From positions 209,998-273,997 of IMG/VR virus record IMGVR_UViG_3300034104_003795: a DNA stretch of 64,000 nucleotides. One strand, given 5' to 3'. The translations under genes were made by a program, and so were the position numbers. Of this stretch, positions 33,398-41,575 are shown one piece after another (the first letter of the stretch is position 1; every line of letters begins with the position of its first letter). The notes beneath the pieces are model-generated. The model was not told where the DNA came from and ran no database searches. It saw only the letters and a list, made by a program, of their open reading frames with translations.

Positions 33398-36313
33398 TTA
33401 AGAATCAAAAAATATTCCTAAAATTTGATTTAATGGTGCGAATGCACCTGTTAATTTGTAAGTGTTACCACCATATACGAATACAATACCTTCGTTTGGT
33501 ACAATCTTATCAAATCCACCCAAAGCATTTAAACGTTCTAACTCTAATTTTAATTTTGCAATCTTTTTAGGGTCACCACTTGCTTTTACTTGTTGAATTG
33601 TAGATTCCAAACGAGCTACCATTTGTCTTTTGGCACTATCAGGATTTGCTGTAAGTACCGAACTCATAAATGATAATACATCTGCACCAACTCCTAAAAA
33701 TATCTCCTCAAATCTCATTAGATTTTGCTTTGATATCTTTTGTTGGTCTTGTTTATCAGTTTGTTCAGCCCAAGCTCTTAATTTAGTATCTTGTATTGTG
33801 TTAATACGGAAACTCTTGTCACCAAAAGCCCATCTCTTAACCAATCCTATTTTTTCTTGTGTATCTAATTTTTTTGCATTCTTTTCAACAAACTTAGTCC
33901 ACCATGCTTGATGATAATCCGCTACTCCATCCGAATCACTTAATGTAAATTCAGATTGAAGTTTACTAATCATAGAAATATACTTTCCTTGTAATTTAGA
34001 AAGATGTTCTGATTTAGGTAACTTATTCATTGGTGGGCCTTGAATTGTGTATTTAGATTGTACGTGCGCATTTACTTGCTTAATCATACCGCCTAATATA
34101 GTTGCCGCTTGCTGATTCTCACCTACGATAGTACCATCAATATCGTAATCAAAAGTACCATGAAACACTAATAGCGGTTGATTGTAGGGGATTACATTTA
34201 CGGAGGTTGGATATATTACTTCCAAATTCATAAACGAACTACCATCCTTAAATATCTTTTTACGTTGAGGTTCTGATAGAGCTGCAATTGCTTTAGATAA
34301 ATCCTGCATAGCGAAATTGTAAGCATCTGTTAATCCACCTCTACCGGCAAATTTAGCAGCCACTTGTCCTATTGTCATAGCACCTTCGCCTTTGTTCTTT
34401 AAGTGTGATTTGTTACGAGCTGCAACTAATCTACCATTTACCCAACTAACTGCTAATGCTTGTCCATCGGTCTTCTCTCTTGCCAATTCTAAATCACCAT
34501 TCAATGCTCTTACCACAATTTGTTTAAGGTCACCAAATGTTAAACCCATCTCAATATCAAATGGATGTGCCATATGTCCATACGCACCACCTTCCAAAAT
34601 TAAACTCTCACTTAAAGATTCTTTTTTAACTTTTTTAAGTTGTGCCATTATTTTATCTAACTCTGCTCTTACTTTTAATTGAGCAGGTGAATTTGGCATC
34701 ATTTTAAGTGCTTTAAGAAATAATCTATCTCTTTCTCTTTCTAACTCTTTTACTCCTTCATTGAATGGAATTTCTATTTTAGAAAGTTTACTATAATAAT
34801 TTGGGTCTTCGTATAAATGGTCTAATGCAATTTCTTTTGCTATATTAACATCGGTTGTATGTTCTCTTTCAACGGCGTATCCTTTTATGAATTCGTTCTT
34901 TAAAGTTTGTGGACTGATATTATGGTGTTTAGCAATATCTTTTAAGGTCATACCCTTTGCTAATCCACCAGGTATCTGGTCTTCTTTTACCGGTTGATAT
35001 TCTTCACTATCATCTTTATTCAATTTAGATTTTAATTTCTTAACATCTTTCGGATTTGGTGCACCATTAATATATCCACCTGGTAAACTTAAACCAATAC
35101 CAGCCCCACCACCTAATCCCATTTCATCTAATATTTGAGATTCTATTTCATCCATAATTTCATTTATGTCTTGTTTTGAAATTATTTGAGGTTTTTGGTT
35201 TTTAGGAAGTTCCCAAAATCTTTTAGGTTTTTCCAATGGAGTATCTCTATTGGTTTCTTCCCAATCCTCAACGGTATGTGGGTCATCGGCAGGATTTAAT
35301 GTACTTTGTACTACATTATTAACTTTATAATAAGCCTTTCTAAATTGTGTTTCCGTATCTTTTGATTTACCCTTACCTCTCATAGCATCTGCTTTTGGAG
35401 TATGCAATTGTATATATCCACCCTGATTAAACCAAGGTTCCGGTTTTGTTACGTTTAATAATCTAATTTTCCCATCAGGAATATATCCAGTATCAGGCTC
35501 ACCTGCATCTGCTGCGTATCCGCCCATACCAGTGCTTTCTTTTAGGTTTTCTTTTTTAGGAATTCTAAAAGTTACTGCTTTCTTACCATTGATTGTTGGC
35601 ATTCCCCATTCATCCTCACCTATTGATTTAACAACTACTTTTTTATTTTTGAATTTACCCATTAACAAAGTATCACCAACTTTTACGTTTAGTTTAATTT
35701 CTTCGTTAATAGATTCTTTTAATTTTTTTAATTTAAGAGTTATCAGTTTGAATACTTGGTCATCAAACTTTGGATATGCTTTTGTAAAGTTTTTCTTTCT
35801 ATCGGCAGCACTACCCGCGCTTAACCAATAACGAACATCAGTTCCGCTAATTGGATTGGGTTGAGCAGGTGCTGCATAAACGTATCCTCTATCTAAATAC
35901 CCAGTATCTACTTTACCTTTATATTGTTTAAAGTATTTACCGCTTAAACGAGATGCATCTTTTTCACCTACCACCGTTATAAATCCAGTAGTATCTGAAT
36001 CAAACTTATTAAGTATCTCTTCTGGAGCATAAGGATTTTTAATATTGACTATTTTGTTTGATGGGATACCAAACATTGTTGTCATTATTGCTTTCTTTTC
36101 CTTAAAATTAAATGGAGATTTTTTTGAATCGGTAACATTAGAAGTTCCGATATATACGCTATCTTTACCGAATTTTTTAACCAAATGGTCATAGGTTGCG
36201 TAGTGACCTTTATGAAATGGTTGAAAGCGGCCAGAATAGACAACAACTACTTTGTCCATTCCTGCCGCTTCTCCCAATATTGTTTCTACTAAAAATTTTG
36301 CTAATCCCTTCAT
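33398..36313 (-). CDS. Multidomain protein: HIGH-type nucleotidyltransferase + DUF5661-like module + C-terminal KxDG ligase-like (DUF6267-like) domain
   Basis: SGRFQPFHKGH; VEREHTTDVNIAKEIALDHLYEDPNYYSKL; EGGAYGHMAHPFD...REKTDGQAL. Start probably ATG 36313 (MKGLAKFLVE); the track's 36346 start is an alternative codon. Confidence 0.7.
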   Translation of the reverse strand: MKGLAKFLVETILGEAAGMDKVVVVYSGRFQPFHKGHYATYDHLVKKFGKDSVYIGTSNVTDSKKSPFNFKEKKAIMTTMFGIPSNKIVNIKNPYAPEEILNKFDSDTTGFITVVGEKDASRLSGKYFKQYKGKVDTGYLDRGYVYAAPAQPNPISGTDVRYWLSAGSAADRKKNFTKAYPKFDDQVFKLITLKLKKLKESINEEIKLNVKVGDTLLMGKFKNKKVVVKSIGEDEWGMPTINGKKAVTFRIPKKENLKESTGMGGYAADAGEPDTGYIPDGKIRLLNVTKPEPWFNQGGYIQLHTPKADAMRGKGKSKDTETQFRKAYYKVNNVVQSTLNPADDPHTVEDWEETNRDTPLEKPKRFWELPKNQKPQIISKQDINEIMDEIESQILDEMGLGGGAGIGLSLPGGYINGAPNPKDVKKLKSKLNKDDSEEYQPVKEDQIPGGLAKGMTLKDIAKHHNISPQTLKNEFIKGYAVEREHTTDVNIAKEIALDHLYEDPNYYSKLSKIEIPFNEGVKELERERDRLFLKALKMMPNSPAQLKVRAELDKIMAQLKKVKKESLSESLILEGGAYGHMAHPFDIEMGLTFGDLKQIVVRALNGDLELAREKTDGQALAVSWVNGRLVAARNKSHLKNKGEGAMTIGQVAAKFAGRGGLTDAYNFAMQDLSKAIAALSEPQRKKIFKDGSSFMNLEVIYPTSVNVIPYNQPLLVFHGTFDYDIDGTIVGENQQAATILGGMIKQVNAHVQSKYTIQGPPMNKLPKSEHLSKLQGKYISMISKLQSEFTLSDSDGVADYHQAWWTKFVEKNAKKLDTQEKIGLVKRWAFGDKSFRINTIQDTKLRAWAEQTDKQDQQKISKQNLMRFEEIFLGVGADVLSFMSSVLTANPDSAKRQMVARLESTIQQVKASGDPKKIAKLKLELERLNALGGFDKIVPNEGIVFVYGGNTYKLTGAFAPLNQILGIFFDS

Positions 36314-36351
36314 ATCATATAAATATTGGAGATTATTGTTTTGCAAAATTA

Positions 36352-36714
36352 TTAAGCCAATCCACCTTGTTGTTCAGCTAGTTGCTTTCTAGTTGGTGCA
36401 CCTGGTTGATATTGAATAACACCTTCTTTAAGGTTAATTCTCATTTGTGGATATTTTTCATCCAATTCATCAATTGTTTGCTTGATTTCTTCAGTTATTA
36501 GTTGAAACTCAACTTCTGATTTTGCAAGAACTTCATCAAGTTTAACAAGTTCAGCTTGTATTTCTTTTTTTCTAAGATATATTTGACCGAAATCGTTTAT
36601 AAAGATATTTTGTTTTTGATTAAGTTGTTCTAACTTTTCTTTAACAGAATCATCTATTTTTACAGATTCAATCTCAATACTTTGTTTTTGTGGAATGTTA
36701 TCTAATTCACTCAT
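36352..36714 (-). CDS. Small coiled-coil protein (120 aa), paralogue of 41261..41539
   Basis: Heptad-rich; C-terminal LDEKYPQMRINLKEGVI versus LQKKYPNGEINLADGTI. Confidence 0.7.
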   Translation of the reverse strand: MSELDNIPQKQSIEIESVKIDDSVKEKLEQLNQKQNIFINDFGQIYLRKKEIQAELVKLDEVLAKSEVEFQLITEEIKQTIDELDEKYPQMRINLKEGVIQYQPGAPTRKQLAEQQGGLA

Positions 36715-36757
36715 AAGTTTGTTTTTTATTGTTTTGTATATATAAGTATATTCTTTT

Positions 36758-37510
36758 TTATTTTTTAAATACCGAAACTCCTTTTTCTTTTACAACTTCT
36801 CCGGCACAATAATTAGCCCAATCAATAGATTCTTCTACATTATTAGAATCCAAATACCTGGATACAAATCCGGCTACAAATGTATCACCCGCTCCACTTA
36901 CATCGGCATTTTGAATTCTTTTAGTTCCAATTATCTTACCTCTATAACTTGCTCCCCTACCGTCCAACGTAATGATACATTTATTATATAACCAATCAGT
37001 ATCTCTAATAATAGAATCATTATTTTGAGCTTCAAATCTGTTTATTTTTATAAAGGATGTGTTTTTACACCAATCACCTAAATGCTTTTTGGTATCTACT
37101 ATCGTAAATTTGGCCATAGATGATATCTTATCAATATCTTCTTCGGTTAGGAATCCCTTACAATAATCCGATATAACAACCGCATCATATTTTACCAAAT
37201 CCGGCAAATCGTAGATATCAATTCTATTTGTAGTATCATTTTCATCAACTCGCAAATATAATTCATTTGTATCTTTGTTTACATATCGTGTTTTAGTAAT
37301 ATTACCTTTATCAAAATATGTATCAACATCCAATCCCATAGCTTCTAAATTAGATGCTGTGTTGCCCGCCATTCCTTTACTCCAAACTTTTAATTCATCT
37401 ATTGGTAAGAAAACTGGTCCATTTCCTTCTGGAGATTTTCTACTTGTTATGCCATACCAAAAAATATCGGTACAAACCTCTCCAATAACTAAAACTTTAT
37501 ACTTACGCAT
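36758..37510 (-). CDS. HldE/RfaE-type heptose-7-phosphate kinase domain (PfkB/ribokinase family), stand-alone
   Basis: VLVIGE...D.F.YG..SRKSPE..PV, GMAGNTASNL, VVISDYCKG, DVSGAGDTFVAGF. Confidence 0.85.
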   Translation of the reverse strand: MRKYKVLVIGEVCTDIFWYGITSRKSPEGNGPVFLPIDELKVWSKGMAGNTASNLEAMGLDVDTYFDKGNITKTRYVNKDTNELYLRVDENDTTNRIDIYDLPDLVKYDAVVISDYCKGFLTEEDIDKISSMAKFTIVDTKKHLGDWCKNTSFIKINRFEAQNNDSIIRDTDWLYNKCIITLDGRGASYRGKIIGTKRIQNADVSGAGDTFVAGFVSRYLDSNNVEESIDWANYCAGEVVKEKGVSVFKK

Positions 37511-37892
37511 TATGTATTAAATTTGAAGTACTGAATCCTTCTATTTTTTCAAAGTATTTAATTTCTTTGGCAAATTCTTTACCTATTATTTTTTTATTCT
37601 TATACTCATCACCAATTACAAAAAAATCAGGATTGTATCTTTTAATTTGTTCTTCTAATTGTTTATCACTTCCAAATATTACAACTATATCAACACCTTC
37701 TATTTGCATTAAGTTAAACACTCTTTGACCTTCGGTATGAAAAGGTCTATCAGTTCCTTTTAGTTCTTTTACTCTAATATCAGAATCAATACCAATAACC
37801 AATTGGTCACCTAATGATTTTGCGTATTCAATTAGTTTAAAATGACCGTAGTGTAAAATATCAAAACAACCGTTAATCCAAACTTTTTTCAT
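37503..37892 (-). CDS. HldE/RfaE-type heptose-1-phosphate adenylyltransferase domain, stand-alone
   Basis: VWINGCFDILHYGH, LVIGIDSD.RVKELKG.DRPF, VIGDEY, GFSTSNLI. Confidence 0.85.
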   Translation of the reverse strand: MKKVWINGCFDILHYGHFKLIEYAKSLGDQLVIGIDSDIRVKELKGTDRPFHTEGQRVFNLMQIEGVDIVVIFGSDKQLEEQIKRYNPDFFVIGDEYKNKKIIGKEFAKEIKYFEKIEGFSTSNLIHNA

Positions 37893-39049
37893 TATAAGAA
37901 TTTTTCCAACTCTTTTATTACCATTTCAGATGTAATACTTTTAGTACATTCAAATTGTCTTTCAGTATCTTTATGGTCAGGACACCAATTCCAATCACCG
38001 GCATCCAATTTAACTCTATTAAAACATCCTTCACATTTTCCGTCAGGTGCACCAATTCTAATACAATCTTCCATCTCTGCCCATCTATAAGAGAATCCAC
38101 TTATTAATACCGTTGGTACATCTAATGCCCAACTCAACCAACTCAAACCACTACCAATACCAATAAATGCTTTTGATTTTTTCATTTCATCCATTACTAA
38201 TTCAATTGGACCGTTTGGATGATGAATTACTCCTATTGGTAATTTATTTCCCATATAGTTATCACCTTCTTTAGAAAGTAATTTTACTAAATAACCCCTA
38301 CCAATCAACCAATCAACTACTTCTTGCCAACCGGTTGGATTGTTCCAAAATTTAGATTGCGCAGTACCATAAGTTGCAATACAAACCTGTTTAATATCAT
38401 TATCTATTTTTACAGGTCTTTGTTTTACTTTTGGTTTTATTTCTTTAAATTCTAACCCAAGTATATCAGAACACATTTTTTGCATTGTTACTGATTTTGG
38501 GTCTGCTGGATTTTTGAATCCATTTACCGAACCATTTTCATTATAAAATAGTCCAACCGAATACATCGCATATAAATTAGGAACAGGTGTACCAGGTTGT
38601 ACAAACTCAATATCAGGATATTCTCCTAAAAACATATCGTTCATAAAGGTAGATACTATTACTTCACATTTATGCTGCTTTTTAAATTCTTGTACATAAG
38701 GTATCCAGGCTAAACTATCTCCCAATGCTTTTGAATCCATTGCAATATAAACTCTCTTACCTTCGGCGTTAAATACCATACTATACCATTCTACGCCATT
38801 TTCGTAAATAACAATTTTCCATTCAATAAAATACTGAATACTACATCTACACCAACAATTGTTATCTATGCTTGTTGTATAGCAAATTTGACCGGTTTTA
38901 TTATTAATAAAATCAACTTTATAATTTGCCTTCTTTGGTCCTTTAATTTCTACAAAAGGACCATTAATAAAATGTATAAGTACATTGTTATTTATTTCCC
39001 TAATGCTTTTATTATTTTTTTTAAGATTATCGTAAATCATTAACTCCAA
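37892..39049 (-). CDS. Autotransporter-type protein O-heptosyltransferase (Aah/TibC family)
   Basis: SKALGDSLAWIPY, FIGIGSGLSWLSWA...VLISGFS, and C-terminal four-Cys iron-finger CEGC...WCPDHKDTERQFECTKSIT, matching the TibC/Aah WCP.HK.T.RQFECT..IT motif. Confidence 0.85.
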   Translation of the reverse strand: MELMIYDNLKKNNKSIREINNNVLIHFINGPFVEIKGPKKANYKVDFINNKTGQICYTTSIDNNCWCRCSIQYFIEWKIVIYENGVEWYSMVFNAEGKRVYIAMDSKALGDSLAWIPYVQEFKKQHKCEVIVSTFMNDMFLGEYPDIEFVQPGTPVPNLYAMYSVGLFYNENGSVNGFKNPADPKSVTMQKMCSDILGLEFKEIKPKVKQRPVKIDNDIKQVCIATYGTAQSKFWNNPTGWQEVVDWLIGRGYLVKLLSKEGDNYMGNKLPIGVIHHPNGPIELVMDEMKKSKAFIGIGSGLSWLSWALDVPTVLISGFSYRWAEMEDCIRIGAPDGKCEGCFNRVKLDAGDWNWCPDHKDTERQFECTKSITSEMVIKELEKFL

Positions 39050-41208
39050 GTTTTTACTGTTTGGTCTATAAGAGAATATCCTTCGGATTGTTTACAATAT
39101 ACTTTATTTGTTGTATATCTAAGCTTTGGTTCTTTGTAAAACACATCAGTAAGCCATAAATCAAATCCTTCCCACGGCGTATCATTGAATCTATCAATCC
39201 ACCATTGTTTAGTTCGATTTGGTATTAAGTATGCATGTGCTAAATCTTGATTTGCTGCAGTTTTACTGAATAGTTCATCAACTTTTTCTTTATTTCTAGA
39301 ACTATTATTTGCCAATCCAACATAGTAAACATCATCTCTTTCCGATATAAAACAAGCCTTATTTACTATATCCACAAATTCTTCTAAACCGGTATAAATA
39401 AATGCATCTGCTTCAAATATCAAAGTATAATCATATTCATCGCTCATTGTTTCCAAAGCCTTTCTATGAGCAGAAAAACATCCATAATGTCTGCCAGTTA
39501 AAGGTCCTAATCCATTTCCAAAATTACCAGGTTTATCTGATATATGTTCTGGTCTTTTACAATGTTCGGATGGTGGAGTTTGGTCATATGGTTTGTTTAC
39601 CATTGGTAGATAATCAATACCATATTTTGATAATTGTTTTAAAGATGCTCTACTCACTCTTTCTCTAACATCATCTGGTCTAGTTAATAGGTGTCTAACT
39701 TGTATTTTTGGTTTTCTACGAATAAATGAACGAAATCCTTCTTTAAATTGCCCATAGAAGAATTCATTTGCCGCTTGTGTAACTCCGTGAAATACACCAT
39801 AATCATCACCACTTACAATTCCACCTGGTTTAACTTTATTATACCAAAATTGTAAATCTTCTTTTAATGCATCGTAACTATGACCAGCATCTAACATTAT
39901 ATAATCTATACTTCCATTTGCAAACTGATTAGATGCATTTTTAGAAGTATCTTTAATCATATTGATATTATCATAGTTATCTGATAATATTGTGTTATCA
40001 ATAAATTCATAAAAGATATCACCATTAAATGAACCAACAATTGTTTGATGTATATCTTCATCATCAGTTCCTTTCCAAGTATCTACCGTTGTGAACTTTA
40101 TGTTCTTTTTAGATTCTCTAATTTTTTCTGCTAAATAATTTGTTGATTTACCAAACCATGCACCTACTTCTACAAACACATCATCATTTCCCGCACTTTC
40201 TACAACCTCATCATAAAGTTCTCTATATGCAAACCAACCAGGAATTTCATTAAATTCAGGTTGTAATTTTTCTAAAATAATTCTTTTGGTAAGTTTTAAA
40301 TCATCATTGATATAAGTTACCAATGAGTTATTATCGTATGTATCCAAATATGTATGTAAATTTCTAAAGATACATGGTAATTTATACGATAGTGCTTCTT
40401 TTATAGAAAGTGGATTTAATTCCAATATAGATGAAAAGTAAAAAAGGTCACATGCTGCATAGAATGTATCAACATCATCACGCTCTCCCCATATTACACA
40501 ATTTTCAGGTTTATGTTTCATTAAAGGTAACCAATAATGTTCATAGTTCATAGCTTGGTTTCCAACAAAGTGAAACTTAATTTTATATTTTTCTAATTGC
40601 CTAGCTATTGAAAATATTTCACCCTGATTTTTACCAGGTGAAAATAATCCAACCATTAAAACATGTTTCCATTCAGAATCTAATCCCAATTGTTGTTTTG
40701 CAATTTGTTTATCAAAAACATATTCACTAATAGGATATTCCCATAGAGTAGTTTCAACTCCTAAATTCGCTTCATCAAACTTTTGTTTACTCCATTCAGA
40801 AACCAAAACATAACGGTCTGGTTGATATATAATTTCAGATGGTGTTGTAAACGAACCATGTGTTGTTGCCAAAATAAAATAAGACCTATCCTTTGTAAAG
40901 ATACTATCTAAAACGTAGGTTGGTAAATCAAATTGTGGTATTTCTTGGAAATGTATAACATCTGGATTAAATTTTTCAATTACATCCAATATCTTAGTCT
41001 TATCCTCACCCAATGTGTGAACTACTGCTAATTTTTTTATTCTATTTTTTTGAACAACAAACGCATCACCGCCGCTGTTGTTTATTTCAACCACTTCAAT
41101 ATCGAAATCATTAACAAAATGTTCGATTTGTTTATAGGTGTATTGGGGCTGTCCTCCTGTTGATAAGTGGGGACAGACGTAAAGTAACTTTTTTCTTTCT
41201 GTTTTCAT
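39040..41208 (-). CDS. Tri-domain fusion: GT-B (GT4-like) glycosyltransferase + class I SAM methyltransferase + GT-A (GT25-like) domain
   Basis: PHLSTGGQPQY...KNQGE...CDLFYFSSILELNPLSIKEALS; FVEVGAWFGKST...YIMLDAGHSY...VKPGGIVSGDDY; HYGCFSAHRKALE...LIFEADA. Confidence 0.8.
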   Translation of the reverse strand: MKTERKKLLYVCPHLSTGGQPQYTYKQIEHFVNDFDIEVVEINNSGGDAFVVQKNRIKKLAVVHTLGEDKTKILDVIEKFNPDVIHFQEIPQFDLPTYVLDSIFTKDRSYFILATTHGSFTTPSEIIYQPDRYVLVSEWSKQKFDEANLGVETTLWEYPISEYVFDKQIAKQQLGLDSEWKHVLMVGLFSPGKNQGEIFSIARQLEKYKIKFHFVGNQAMNYEHYWLPLMKHKPENCVIWGERDDVDTFYAACDLFYFSSILELNPLSIKEALSYKLPCIFRNLHTYLDTYDNNSLVTYINDDLKLTKRIILEKLQPEFNEIPGWFAYRELYDEVVESAGNDDVFVEVGAWFGKSTNYLAEKIRESKKNIKFTTVDTWKGTDDEDIHQTIVGSFNGDIFYEFIDNTILSDNYDNINMIKDTSKNASNQFANGSIDYIMLDAGHSYDALKEDLQFWYNKVKPGGIVSGDDYGVFHGVTQAANEFFYGQFKEGFRSFIRRKPKIQVRHLLTRPDDVRERVSRASLKQLSKYGIDYLPMVNKPYDQTPPSEHCKRPEHISDKPGNFGNGLGPLTGRHYGCFSAHRKALETMSDEYDYTLIFEADAFIYTGLEEFVDIVNKACFISERDDVYYVGLANNSSRNKEKVDELFSKTAANQDLAHAYLIPNRTKQWWIDRFNDTPWEGFDLWLTDVFYKEPKLRYTTNKVYCKQSEGYSLIDQTVKTWS

Positions 41209-41222
41209 TCTAAAAATAATAT

Positions 41223-41254
41223 CAAATATACAAAATTTTTCTTAATCTACCAAA
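41223..41254 (-). promoter_or_regulatory. Bacteroidota-type sigma promoter
   Basis: TTTG (41254-41251), 20 nt, TATATTTG (41230-41223), 15 nt upstream of ATG 41208. Confidence 0.7.
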
Positions 41255-41260
41255 TTTATT

Positions 41261-41539
41261 TTAGGATTCATAAGAAATAGTACCATCCGCTAGGTTTATT
41301 TCACCATTAGGATACTTTTTTTGTAAATCTGATATGCTGTTTTCTAGTTTGAGTGCAAGTAAATCAAATTTTTCTTCGGTTTCTTTTTTAATAGCTTCGA
41401 ATTTTTCGATTTCAGTTTTAAACTCTCTTATTTTAAAACTTATTTCTCCCACTTGAAATATCAACATACTAAGCTCTGACTGAGTATTGTTTATGTAATC
41501 TAGTGTGTCTTGTGATAATTTTTCTTTAATTTGTGACAT
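41261..41539 (-). CDS. Small coiled-coil protein (92 aa)
   Basis: Heptad-rich; KYPNGEINLADG end shared with 36352..36714. Confidence 0.7.
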   Translation of the reverse strand: MSQIKEKLSQDTLDYINNTQSELSMLIFQVGEISFKIREFKTEIEKFEAIKKETEEKFDLLALKLENSISDLQKKYPNGEINLADGTISYES

Positions 41540-41575
41540 AATTTATTGTTTGTATATAAATATATATATTTTAAA

